Below are positions 26,136 to 39,174 of a stretch of DNA of 64,000 nt, piece after piece. Origin of the DNA: Mobula hypostoma (lineage: Eukaryota); assembly GCF_963921235.1 (NCBI RefSeq), contig NC_086109.1:31064001-31128000 (forward strand), given 5' to 3'. The notes under the pieces were generated by a model. It saw only the letters and a program-made list of their open reading frames with translations, did not search any database and was not told where the DNA came from. A program made the translations under genes and the position numbers. Position 1 is the first letter of the stretch, and each line of letters starts with the position of its first letter.

Positions 26136-27474
26136 TTAAAAAAAGCTTTAGGAGTGCAATGAGTTTTCCTGCCTGACATATTAAACCACCTAGTCTCAGC
26201 CATATGTCAGATTCCAGGCTGTTTATTGGAAATTGGATTTTCCCTTTCAATTTTTTTGTTAAAAATGGGTTTCTGTTTTGTATATAGGGAAAGATCTAAA
26301 TGTCTAGGTCTTCCAAATTTAAAACTGAAATCTATCCAAAATCACATCTCATTTCAATTGTAAATCAAGATACCTGCACTGAAAATTTAAATTCACATGC
26401 ACAAGGCAGGAGTACGGTAAAGATAAACCAGTGATAAATATTAACTTGTATTCAATATTTGATATAAGGAGAAATGAGCTTTAAATCGGTATTCTTTTTC
26501 TTTCGCTGCCTGTCAGACTGAATTGGTGGCAACATACATACTTGCTCTCAGCCATCACATAAACCCCATACAAGTGATACACAAGACAATCTATCACATA
26601 TTTCATCTCATGGAGTACAAAAAATGCGTTATGGTGCAAACTCAATACATGATGATGATATATATGGGCCACAAAATGATTTTGTTGGCACATAAAAGAG
26701 GGATTGTAGCTAATTGCTTTTATTTTTTTTAACATATTACTAGATCTCACAAAGTTGCACTAAGGATCTGGTAGTTTTTGGTAATGGAGGATCAATTTAT
26801 TGTACTTGCAGATTAATTTATCTGTCTTGATTGAGGACAGTATTGTGAAATATTGCTTTATTCAGGCTGGTGTCCCACAGGTGTAACTTGTCTAATTGCA
26901 TTTATGAGACACTGTAAATGGTGAAGCATAATACTTTAGGTGGATATAGTAGAGAAAGGCTGCACTGTAGGTAGTACTGAGACATTAGACTGAGGTGCCA
27001 TCTACTCTTCCAGGAATGCATGTAAGATTTTGTGGGGAGTTATTGAGGATTAATATATATATTCTTGTCAGCAAGAATCAGATTTCCTTGTCAATACCAT
27101 AGAAGCTTGCTAATTTGTTTGTGGTGTTTCCCATGTTACAATGGTGACTATAATTCAATTTCTTGTTAATTAACCTATAAACACTAATGCCTAGAAATTG
27201 TCCCCAGTTGGCAGTGCTAAGTATGCCTACGGCCACATTGGCAGATTGTCCTTGTCCTCTGGAATTCAGTCCATTGGTTTGATAGGGATGAAATTTTGAG
27301 CAGTAGAACATCACACTGATGTACTGGACCAATCAAGGGTGAAATACTTGACATAAGTACTTTTCTTTTTGAGTTTCAACTTCCATCCTGGTTATTCACA
27401 GAATTCCATTTATAATTCCTTCTTTCTCAGTAGAATATATTTGCCTCTCGTCTTTCCATAACCTTTTTCCATTC

Positions 27475-28123
27475 CGGTACGGTAATGTAGTGTTTAGCAT
27501 AATACTAATACAGCACCTGTGATCAGCGATCAGGGTTCAATTCCCACCACTGTCTGTAAGGAGTTTGCATGTTCTACCCGTGACTGTGTGGATTTCTTCC
27601 AGGCCCTTCATTTCCTCGCACATCCCAAAGACATGCGGGTTAGGGTTAGTAAGTTGTGGGCATACTATGTTAGTATTGGAAGCATGGCAACACGCAGGCT
27701 GTGTTGGTCATTGACACAAATGATACATTTCACAAGTCTTTCTTTTTTTTTTGGATGTATCTTCAAAATGGACTGCCCAGTCCCTTTTTTTTTGTTTTTT
27801 TTTGTATAGTGTAGTGGGTTTTTTTTCCTTCATATAAAATTCAATGTTTTTTTCTTTCCTCTTCATGAACTAATAAGAGGAGAATTGCTGTTTTTTATTA
27901 TATATTTTTACTAGCTTAACAATATGTATGATTTTGATAATGTCCGTCTTAATCTCGGTTTGTATTGTTATTGATATATATATATATATATATATATATT
28001 TGAGATAATTCTCCTCCTGTTTGTATTTATTTTCCTTTTAAATCAATGAATAGATTAATAAAGAAAGAAAAGATACATTTCACTCTGTATTTCAATATAC
28101 CTGTGACAAACAAAGCTAATCTT
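27475..28123 (+). mobile_element. V-SINE interrupted by an insertion at 27734-28071
   Basis: tRNA head with gggttcaattcc, V-domain tctgtaaggagtttgcatgttctacccgtgac, and tail gtgacaaacaaagctaatcttt. Confidence 0.8.
27734..28071 (+). mobile_element. Short L1-type 3' UTR insertion with 12-bp TSD
   Basis: gatacatttcac duplicated at 27722-27733 and 28072-28083. T-rich body, (TA)n at about 27975-27999, and AATAAA plus an (AAAG)n tail. Confidence 0.7.
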
Positions 28124-30529
28124 TATTTTGCCGATTTACGGTTCTCTATGCATATTTCTTCCTTGTATATCTCAGTCTTATAAGATTTATTTCCATCATT
28201 TCCGATGTTCTCAATTTTACTTTTATGGCTCTCTGATGATTCTGTTCGACATCGTTAGTGTGAAACCAGATTCTGCACATCTGCTGTACTGTTATGCATG
28301 AAACCTTTGCTGGCCCTGAGTGAACTGATTTGCCCCAGAATTGTTCCACATTGTTTTTTGTATAGATTACACTGCATTGAGAGTGACTCTAATGCTAGTT
28401 GTGAAATCAGATAAAGAGTGTGGTGTTCACTGAACAGTGTCGTCAAGCTTCGCTGTGCAGAGATCTGCACTAACATCCTTATCTGTGTTCTTGAAATAGA
28501 TGTAAGTTTCCCTAGGAGAGACCATGACGAAGTTGTCAGATCACACCTGATATTTTAGGTTCTTGGAGGTTATAGTAGGTCACAAGTAGCAGTGAGGAGA
28601 AAAATAAATGCAGTTTGAATATTGCCCCTTTAATTTGCACAATTTTGTGGAAATTGGCTTAGTAAAAATCTGACTGATTTGTGAATAAAGACTAATAAGG
28701 TTGAGATTTCACAACTGATGAATCTTGTGTGACATGCTAAACACTGTCAGTTTGAGCAAAAGATATGCTTGGTTAACAAAATAAAGAAAAATGAAGAGAC
28801 CCACTTTCTGATAGGTGCTAATGCACCCAGAAATATGCCCAATGTTGCTCTATGACTTTTAACTGGACTTACAAAAAATTGCCAACTCTTTTGTTTCCTG
28901 GCAAAATTACCTAGTGTAAGCTTGTGTGAATGCTTTGGGAATGCAATGTGTCTCAAGTTTTGAGGGAATACTCTGTGGGAATAGCCGTAGCTGGTATCTT
29001 GTATTAGAATTCTTGTCTGTGACCTTGCCTTGTCAGCTTTCTTCAAACCGCATTCTTCATTTTGACTTTTATAAGACTCCCAGGGTCACACAGATAGCAA
29101 TGATTCTGTTTGCGGCCATCTTCCAGATCTGTTACACTGATTGCTCTTGAGAGAGGGATTTTACTGTTTCATCCAAGGTAGCCCGCCTTACCTACACTTG
29201 ATATACACTTTGCCATTGAAGGGATAACTTTGACTCCTAAGATTCCATCCCATTCGAATTCAAAATTCCTTCCACTGCACTGTCTCCCCCATCCCCACCA
29301 ACTGTTTAAGTAATTGATCTGGTCAGTGCTTAGCAACTTTAAAGATGTAAAGACCATCCTGCTTAATGCTGCATTATTTTAGATATTCATAAAACAACAA
29401 CATTTGCCATTCATTGCCTTGATAGTGTTTGTCAAAAAATCATCTGGAAAACCTTGACATTACAAAAGTGGATTACCTTGTTTATTAGGATGACAGCTTA
29501 TTGGCTTGCTCAATGCAGTAAGGCAATTGATAAACATAACTCTTCCTCTGAGCATTAAGGGTGGCATTGTTGTACTGCATAAGTCACTCACATTTCAATG
29601 CTTGCTAGTAAGTTATAAAGAGGGGTCTTTGTAATTTCAAAATGATGGTCTGGAATGAATGTGATGAAGTAATTTCCCATTGAATTCTTGGCACAAGAGA
29701 AACAAAGTCCATCAATCTATGACATATGAGCCCAGTCATTTGAAGTTTAAAACATAGATCTTCAGCAGATATAATATTATGGTATCAGTGAAAAGTAATT
29801 AGATCAAATGTCATATAGTTCAATCAATTGTACTGTGTACAATAGAATTGGTAAAGAAATATAAAATATTCAAGGGCATCATTTTCCATCTTGCTATTTT
29901 AGTCCTTTCAGAGTGACATTGATAATTTAGACCCAACAACAGTAAAGAAATTGCAGCAGATACTTATATTGTGATGGTTTGTGCTAGATGAAAGACTCAG
30001 AGAAGATGATTCAATGATATTGCTACTTTCATCTATCAAACTCAAAGTTACGATCCAAGTGATATCGTCAGTCTCAGGCTAGAGAGTTCTTCCAGTGAAT
30101 CCTGTATGAAGAACGTATTATGGCACCAGTAGTGGAGTGGGGTAGATTGTGAATACTGTATTGGGAATGCTTTGCGACTATTCTGATGCTTCTTAAGCTT
30201 TGGAAGGTTGAGGATTAACAGCAGAGACAAAGCCTATGCGGAAATGTATTGGTTCTGTTGCTCCGCATGTAAGTGGTGCAGTCTTGACTAATATTGTTGT
30301 AAATATCTGATCTGTTTTGCCTTGTCACATATTTGGAGCTGGAGAGGTGAATGGCCTTGCATAGTGGAGCAGACCCTCTGGTACCCTTTGTGTTGCTCAG
30401 CTACAGTTGTATCCTAAACACCATTTAAACTTTTGCTCAGTTATGGTTTTTAATGCACATTGTAATGGGGCCATTATTGAACAATGGACATAGAGTCGAT
30501 CAAACTGACAGTAAAATTATCTTAAGTTG

Positions 30530-30870
30530 GCAAAGTCAGTCAGCTAGTAGAGCTTAATACTTTGCAGTTCCAGCACCTTGGACTCCATCCAGAACTGTGG
30601 TGCTGTCTGCACTGAGTTTGCACCCTCTCTCTGCGACTGCTTGAGTTTCCTCTGCAGTGTTCTGATTTTTTTTCCACATCCTAAAGCCCTGTTGATAGGT
30701 TAATTGACATATGTAAGTTTGCTGTCAAATTAGGATGTTAATGGATATGTGACAGAAAGTAGACTTGCAAGGAGATAATTTGGGGAAGAAGACTGATGGT
30801 GTGCTGTGAGAGCTAGGCTGGAATTAATGGGCTGAGTGGCTCCTTCCTGTCATAAAGCAGTATGAGAAAA
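30530..30870 (+). mobile_element. Old V-SINE
   Basis: ggtgctgtctgcactgagtttgcac...gagtttcctc...ccacatcctaaag...aggttaattg V-domain and a gggctgagtggc tail. Confidence 0.6.
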
Positions 30871-33154
30871 TTGGTGAAAGCAAAGGACAAGCTTGTTTGA
30901 CAGTCTGCTCCATTTTCTACTCCATTGATTTCACTAGAAAAGAACATCAGGCAGGCTGTGAAAATAACTGCTGATTTATGATCTGCCATTTTGTATTACA
31001 ACATGTGGGAACATAACCACCAATGGCAACTGCTTGGAGTTCGAATTCTTGTCACTTTTCTTAAAATACAATATATTTATAATTGCTGCAGATTTTAGTT
31101 TGTGGATAGTTTTAAGTCTTCATATTCTCTGAGGTCGCTAGTGCAGTGACTGAGGGACTAAGGTACATTTTTATTTAAACTGTAACAATAGCTGACATGT
31201 AAATATTTTAATTTAATCAGGGACACACTTTATAGTCACAATCTTTACTTTTGTTTCATTGACATAGAAAATAAGATGAATATATTGGCTCAAGATTTCC
31301 TAAATGCTCTACACCCTGCATTTGTTCTTTAAGGAAGATCTTCATTGAGGGAGGAAAATGTAGCTCATGCCAATTTTCTGCCCTTTGGTTTTTTTTGTTG
31401 CCTGAAAATAATCTTCCAACCTCTGTCAAGGAGATATGTTGGGGAAAAATGTGGCATTTTGAAGGAGCAGGTCTTTGTGATTGCCGGTGAATGCAGAGTA
31501 TCACAAAATGCTATCAATGTTTACAAAATAAACACATTTATACATGTGCATACTTTGTCAGTGGTTGTAAGAGCTCTATTTTCCATGGAATCTCTTACTT
31601 ATCTTGCTGCCGACTATTGGACACCATAAGCAGCTGAGCCTTGAATCCTGCATTCAAACAACTAAACTCTGAAACTCTATAGAAGGGGATGTACAGCAGA
31701 ATCACCAGGGCAATACTGGTGATGAAGTATTACTTCATCCTTGGGCAAATCCTATCCATTGAGATATTAATGGAACAGATGGAAAAGGGTGAGCTCATTC
31801 TCTTATCCCTTCCTGCTGACGTTACATCAACTGTTGTCTTCTACTTACATTTGTGTTATGGAAATGAAGGCAGGAATGCTGTTCCACCAGACATATCACT
31901 GGAAAATAGAGGGGACATGAGTGGGCACATAAAGCAAATTTTGTTTTTTCTTTCTTTCAATGACCTAGGAATGTTTATGTGGATTAAGTGTTCCATTCCG
32001 GACTGCTGTTCTGAACCCAGCTTTGGCTATGTTTGGAGTTTGGAATTTTCCATGTTTCTTGCCAAGCTCAGAAATTAGATATTCACAGTTAGAATCATAG
32101 AAGTATCAGAGGGTTGTCTGGAAGTATCAGAAATTTCCAGTTTAAATATCAGAAGGTAACCCCAGGCAGTGAATTCGACCTCACGAAAAGTATAGCTTTC
32201 AGTGGGTGATAATAAATAGGTGAGATGCCAATCTCTGGAGAAAGTGACTTACAAAAATGAAACATATAGCAGCTCAATGCTAACAAACAGTAATTCTAAT
32301 GTTAACATTATTTCTCAGATTCTGTTCCTATTTCCCCTTGCTTTGTTATTTTATTGTTGTTTAATGTTGGGCTCTTCATTGTACAGATGGCAAATGCACT
32401 AAGAAATAGTTTCTTATTGGCAGCCTACAGCTGATACTGCAAATTTTTGCAGATCACACAAGATATTACTTTATTCAATTATTTCTGATATCACGCACAT
32501 CCGTTTTATTTGAGGTATTAGGAGTGTTTGCTTGCCAAGGTGTTACATAGCTGTCAGTGGCACACATCTGCTGCCAGGTAAAACTTAGTGCAGCAGCAGA
32601 ATGTCTGCAATTACTTCCAATGAAATTGACAATAACTTACACACCGATTTCATGCGTATGAACTCAAGCAACTGAAGTAATGAATGACCAGCTGGCATTG
32701 TTGGCATTGTTATTTGCTCATTTTCCTAATAGATTCTAAATAAATGGATTGTCCTTACTAAAATTGCATACTGCAGCATTTAGAATATAAGAAGGTTCAG
32801 ATTCAGCAAACATAAAACAAAATTAAACAGATACTACTCTAAGGTTAAGTTCAAGGTCAGAAGCAGTGGTCATAGAGATATCCTGATGTAATAGAAGATG
32901 GTTATTGGAAGGGACAGAAAGGGAGAGGGGATGCAAAGGAAGATGGATATTTTCAGAGTGACATGCACAAAATACTGGAGGAACTCAGCAGGTCAGTCAG
33001 CATTTTTGGAGAAGAATAAAGATATTTTCAGTGTAGATAGCTTATGTGAGAAAACATTTAAAAAAGAGGCAGCTTTTAACCCAGGGAATACGCAGAAAAG
33101 AGGATTTATTGAATACGTTTAAGTGCCGGCGTTAAGAATTCTCTCTTACTAGAG

Positions 33155-33455
33155 TAAGATTAAGGTCTGTCATGAGCCTTGTGGCCCATCAGGCCCGTGC
33201 TTATGCTGGTTTCCATGGCGTGAAGTGACTGAGATTATGAGACTCCCCCCCCCCCCCCCACCAGATAGGATGCCAGTGTATTGTGAGGTTAACCCCAGCA
33301 TTTTTGCCAGTATCCATTCTCAGCTGGGTAGACTGGAGCATTGTGTGGTTAAGTGCCTTGTTCAAGGACACAACACACTGCCCCGGCCGAGGCTCAAACC
33401 CATGACTTTCAGATCGCTATAGTCCAACGCCCTAACCACTTGGCCAAGTGCTACA
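33155..33455 (-). mobile_element. tRNA-head, CORE-like SINE with MER131-like tail, with TSD
   Basis: Flanks ctctcttactagag (33141-33154) and ctctcttactaaag (33456-33469). Same head as the SINE at 25179-25492. Minus-strand tail ctcagtcacttcacgccatggaaaccagcataagcac. Confidence 0.8.
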
Positions 33456-33544
33456 CTCTCTTACTAAAGGGAGAAATGAAATGCAGTGCAAATTTATAGT
33501 CATTAGCTATTGCAGTGCATTGATTGTGCTGTTGAATTTATAAT

Positions 33545-33830
33545 CCTGAGGGCTGGATTAATGAATGATCTGGAGACATAAATTTCAATATGAGCATGAG
33601 GAATTTGAATTTGGTTATTTACAGTATATAATCTGGAATAGACTGCTGTTATTAGTAACGGCAAGTTTTAAACTGTTGCAGTGTTGGAAAATCCTACCTG
33701 GTTCCTTTAGGAGAACAGATGTGTTGTCCTTAGCGGCACTGGCAAATAACCCCACATCCATAGTAACGCAGTCAGCTTATAAATGCACTTTGAAGTGGTG
33801 TAACGAACCAGTCAGTTCAAGTTCAGCTAA
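33545..33830 (+). mobile_element. Old SacSINE1-like (DeuSINE) element
   Basis: gaatttgaattt...aatctggaat...ctggttcctttaggaga...gtcctta...tgaagtgg...cagtcagttcaag. Homologous to 11360-11705. Confidence 0.55.
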
Positions 33831-34292
33831 GCATTGATAATAACTATTGGTCTTGAAATCCTGTGAAAGAATAAACACAAAGATCAGCAGAAGTTAAAAG
33901 CGCCACCATGCTGTGCTTCTAGAATTAATGTGAGAAGGAAACCTACACTGCTGCAACTCCAGCAAGTTTGAGTTATCAGTATTTCTGTAGACTATGGCAT
34001 TAGGCCTTCAAGTTGAAAGAAAAGCAGACGTAATAATCAATTGAATTTCACTGTTCCTATGTTGATGTTAGGAACTAAACCAGCGTGTGATTTAATTGTT
34101 ACAATGACATCACAGGCTTGTTTAGTTTCTGTAAGCAAGTAGATAATTATCATTCCGCCTTGCACTTTGAACATTCTGCATTGCATTGACTAAGGGCTGC
34201 AAGAAATACGTGAATAATAGTGGATGGACTGTTGTTGCAAGATTTACTCTGTTTGCACTTTATTCTGCTTTAGCAGTTCTCTGTTTTGACGA

Positions 34293-34540
34293 TAAAACAT
34301 TGGAATAGAATTGGGATATTTGGCCCATCAAGTCTTCTCCGCCATTCAACCATGGCTGATTTATTATCCTCTCAACTCTATTCTCCTGTCTTCCCCCCAT
34401 AACCTTTGAAGCCCTTACTAATCAAGAACCTATCAACCTCTGCTTTAGATCTACTCAATGACTAGGCCTTCATAGCTGTCTGTGGCAACGGATTCCACAG
34501 ATTAACCACTCGCTAGCTAAAGAAATTACTAGTTATTTCT
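34293..34540 (-). mobile_element. CR1 3' end
   Basis: ttggcccatcaagtcttctccgccattcaaccatggctgat...ccccataaccttt...gaacctatcaacctc...ttccacagatt. Confidence 0.75.
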
Positions 34541-34939
34541 TTTGTATAGGAGTGTACTTGTTCAATGACCACAGCTCCAGTAAAGATCATTAGAACAAAC
34601 TTGACTTCTGTGTATCAAGAGTCCTGAAGAAGATTTGGGGTGCTTGCAAATGCAGTCTCCCCTCTTCACAGTAGAACATCCAACATCTTGTTGACATGAC
34701 GTGACCACCTCAGCTATGATATTGTCTGAACAGCACAGACGCTTCTGCTTTCTCTGTGTTTGTGAACTTCACATTCTGAGAACTTACTCTACAACCAGTT
34801 TCCTCTGAGAAAAGTAGGTAATAAATTGGAACACAGAAACAAAATATACTACAACATGATTTTTAATTAACAGTAATAAAGAGAAGTGGAATAAAAATTA
34901 TCTTCAATTGCACGCTGAAAATGTGAAGAAAGGAAAAGG

Positions 34940-35295
34940 GCTGTGGAGTGGCCTGATAGCTGTACATAAATTATGAGAGACATAAATAAGGCAGGTAGGC
35001 CTCATCTTTGTCTATGTTTGGTGTAGGTTTCAACTGAGAGAAGTGAGTTTTAAAGGAAACCGTAAAGAAAAGTCTTGCAGAGAAAGTGGTTGAAATCTGG
35101 AATTAGCTGCCAGAGAAGGTAAGGATATCAGATACAATCACTATATTTAAGATGCATTTTATTCAGGCACTTAAGTAAGGCAAGGCATGCAAGTTGACTT
35201 AATGCAGGCAAATGGAAATTGTGTAGATGGACTCAAAATTTGGCATGGGCTTGGTGGATTGAAAGGTCTATTTTTAAGCTGAGGAACTCTATAAT
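34940..35295 (+). mobile_element. Degenerate CR1 3' end
   Basis: gtggcctgatag...aaattatgaga...gtggttgaaatctggaat...ggtggattgaaaggtcta. Confidence 0.6.
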
Positions 35296-35823
35296 AATGC
35301 CTCTAATAACATGCATATTGAACTCTACTTTTGAAACCCACTTCTGTTAATTTCATTGAAACTTTACTAGTTAAGTTTCAAAGTTCTGGGCACTGAAATT
35401 TGCACAGTCAAGCTACAGTGTTATCTTCATGCGGAAGGAGGAAGAATAAGTGACCAAGTGATACAGTGATGAAGACAATAAGTCTACAATACAGAGGGCA
35501 CCAGCCTGCCGGGTGATTATAGGGGGAACAGATCTTTTAAATAAGTTTTATGTTGATATGGTATAATCCCAAGTTCAATTACACTTTGGCGTAATCTTTT
35601 CAAAGATCTTCAGCTTTCCTTTAAATGTTGAATAGCTCTGTCATTCAGTATCGAAGTGAGCGCTGGTCCAAATCTACTTCTTGTTCTGCTCTTCCAAGAT
35701 TACAGAACTGTGTTGGGATCTGTCCAGAAATTTACCTCCATATAAATAGAGAAATTGTACTGATGTAAAAAATATACCATTATAGTATTTCTTCAAATTT
35801 CTAATGGGATATTTGATTATATG

Positions 35824-36045
35824 TGCCGGCTGGTGGTGTAATGGCATCAGCACAGGACTTTGGGGTGGAAGGTCCCGAGTTCGAATCCAGTTGGCTACCG
35901 TACACGCTTTCCATCCGTGCTGGGTTGAGCGTCGAGCTAGCAATTCAACCTCGTAAAAAAGAAATTGCCTGCTACAGAAACATCAACAGCAAAAAGTTGA
36001 TGGCCTATGCTCCCTCATGAGTTGAAAGGTAATTTCTTTTCTTTC
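35824..36045 (+). mobile_element. tRNA-head SINE with bipartite RTE-derived body, with TSD
   Basis: Flanks tatttgattatatg (35810-35823) and tatttgtttatatg (36046-36059). A box TGGTGTAATGG and B box GAGTTCGAATCC. Body gggttgagcgtcgagctagcaa...cgtaaaaa...tgctacagaaac, then tggcctatgctccc. Confidence 0.8.
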
Positions 36046-37674
36046 TATTTGTTTATATGCCGTTCTGTATAACCAGGAAATTTATGCATTTATGGAGATA
36101 AAGGAATATGGGGAGATAAGCTAGTCAAGTCTGAAAATGGGGATTATGATAGAATTAACTTGCATCCATTTGAGACAGTGCAAGATGCATACAGACTTGA
36201 CTTCAGCCAGCAGCTCGTGCTAGTTGTATTTATCACATTCATGCATCTTGGTTGGTCCAATTTCATTGTTAACTGATACTAGTTCAAACTAGCCAGTACT
36301 GATTATGTTCAAGCTTAGTGTTTTATAGTTGGAAGGACTGGCGATTGTCATTACCAGGTGCTTTGGCATTTCCCTGAAGCCATTAGCAGACAAGGGTGCT
36401 GAAAGCAGTCTTGTTCTGCCTGTCTATGTGGCGTGTTCCATAGGTGGCTGCCAGCTGTCCTGAGGGTTTAATCAGCGTCAATCAGGAAGGATCCAGAACA
36501 TTGTTGGTCACCATGCTATATGTAGCCCCTGGTAATACAATTTCCACTGCAGCAAATGACATTTCTGTTTCAGCACTTCCTTAGAAATGTGGACTCTCAT
36601 AATGCATTACTCCTTGCTGCTCATCTTGAATATAGAAGGAGGATGGAGCCATTTTCCTTCTTTTCTTCCTTCCTTTTTTGGAAGGTTGCACTGCTCTCCC
36701 TGCCCATTCCCTCACCATTCTCCTAACAATGCCATCCTCCGAGAGGAACAGTCATCAAATCTTCCAGACAGCAGGGTCTGGTTGAAGCCTAGACACCAAG
36801 ATATTATTCTTCTGGCAAAACTGCTTGTACACCATAGAAATTGTGGCAAGTTCAATAAACATGAATCAGTACTTCTCACCAATCATCAGCCTCCATATGT
36901 CAATCAACTGGAAACCTGCAAGTACTTGATGATCCCTTCAAATATAACAGATGTGATTGGCCCTTATTTCTGCGGAATGCAGGGTTCAAAGTAGAGTTAA
37001 GCATGTGGTGGTGACTGCTTTGCTGAGCTTTAATTGAATTGTCACTCTTTGTGTACAGTTTTTCATTCATTTTATTGTATTTCTTTGTTCTACTGTGAAT
37101 ATTTGCTACAGATAGAATCTCAGGGTAGTAGAAGGTGACATATACATTCTTTGATAATAATTTTACCTTGAACTTTGAAGCAATGAAAACAAAAATCAGC
37201 ATTCCATGAAAACTGAAATCAGAAGCTGTATATTTTGCATATTGACTGTATTCAAGAATATCTTGCCCACTATTGCCTTTTCTAATGTAGTGGACAGGGT
37301 AAATCACTCTTCAAATGGGCAGCCTAAAACCTTGGCTGTTTATTTCCTCCGTAGAAATTGCCTGACCTGCTGATCTCCTCAAGCATCTGAAGAATATTTT
37401 GTGTTTATGACTTGACATAGGCAGCCCACAAACACTAGCTAAAGTTTGCTCCAGTGGGCGTCCTCTGCCAAAATAAGGTTGCCACCCTTCAAATCTGTTC
37501 ATCTCTCTTTCTAACATCTGTCTTCCTTTACTCAACATATTTCATCAATAACTAGCAATGAAGTGAGATAATTAACTAGGGTCAAAATTCAATGCTTCTG
37601 CCACACAAAAAGTGTACATTGTGTTAACATTAATGGGGTTAGTTAAAATAATGCTTGTTTAAAACATTCTGAAC

Positions 37675-37800
37675 ACAAAATGCTCTGCAGATGCTGGGGT
37701 CAAAGCAACACCCACAAAACGCTGGAGGAAATCAGCAGGTCCGGCAGCATCCGTGGAAACAAACAGTCAATGTTCCAGGCCGAGACCTGACGAAGGGTAT
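37675..37800 (-). mobile_element. Penelope-like pLTR remnant with an inverted junction
   Basis: ctctgcagatgctgg...gctggaggaaatcagcagg...cagtcaatgttccaggccgagac is immediately followed by forward ctgacgaagggt. Confidence 0.75.
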
Positions 37801-39174
37801 ATTTAGCAAGTCTGGTGGCATCTGTGGAGAAAGGAACAGAGTTAAGATTTCGAGTCGATAATGCTTCACCAGAAAGTTCTGATTTGACATATGGTTACCA
37901 TTATGTCTTCCAAGCAGAACACATTACAAATTCCCATAATCAATATTTGGGTGAAATAGTTACCGAAAGTTCAAAGTCTATTTATTATCAAAGTGTGTAT
38001 ACTTTATACAGTCTTGAGATTAATCTCCTTACACGTGGCCACAAAACAATGAAATCCAGATGAGCCCATTAAAACAGAAAAAGACCATCAAACACCCAAT
38101 GTTTTATTGGCCATCATCACGTCATCTCCGAGCTTCACCCAGCACCATCGTAAACCAGAAAATAGAAATGGTTTAACATAAAGCATTAATAAAAATTGAT
38201 TTCTCATCTACAATAAAATAATAAACCATGGAAGAAATAAAATATGAAAAAATAAGAAAGGGTGCTTTGTAGTAGGCAAACCAACAGCTCACACAGCCCA
38301 GAGTTCAACAATTACTTTACTTAATTTTTTGTTAGAATATTAGATTTCATGATATCTTCATTAATTGGAGAGACTTTTGTGAGCTCACTTTGAACATTAA
38401 ATATGCAGTGTATAATTACGCTAGTGAACTTCATTTCCTTTGTTTTTGGACATGCACATTCTTCATTACTTTGATACTTAAAGAAAAAAAGTCCTCACTA
38501 TACCATCATTCTAGGTTTTTTCCATATTACATATATTGAATTAATTTGCAAACTATTAATGATTACAGTATAGAAATGTTGAAAAGAATATATTTTTTTA
38601 AAAAGGATAATCGGTTTTGCAAATTTTAAAGCAGAATTCCTATCAAGTTCTGTAAATTGCTCAGAATCATACAACGATCGAGCCCTTGATGGTTCAGCAG
38701 AATATTCTTTTGTTCATTATTTATAGCAAAATCATTTATGTATTTTTACACATGATTTTTCTTGGTTAAAATATGAGAAAACTATGCTGATGAAATTACA
38801 AGCATTCCCATGGGATCCTGTAATTCTTTACAGAGATTTAACTAATAATAAAAGCTAAAGCCAAGATTAAATCACTCTGTAACTTAAAGAATAGGATGAT
38901 GTAAAACAAAGTCAACAATAAAACAAATTCATGCCTACTAGAGTTGATTAATCCATATACAGCAGAATCAGACAGAAGCATTAGATTAGACTGATTCACC
39001 ACATAGCCAAAAATAATACTGCAAAAAAGAAGGGTCAGTGCCTAAAACCATTTTGCGAGATTTGGTTGAAAAGTGTGCTGCCAATGGTTTAATTGGAAAC
39101 CTCTTTATCTGCAGATCTCCTGTAACGGACTTGGACTGCAGGGTCACTGTATTGTGTGCAAGGAATAGTGTTAT

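Noticed and set aside
35824..35895. Possible tRNA gene
   Set aside because: A and B boxes are present, but I see no proper acceptor stem, and it continues into a SINE body flanked by a TSD.
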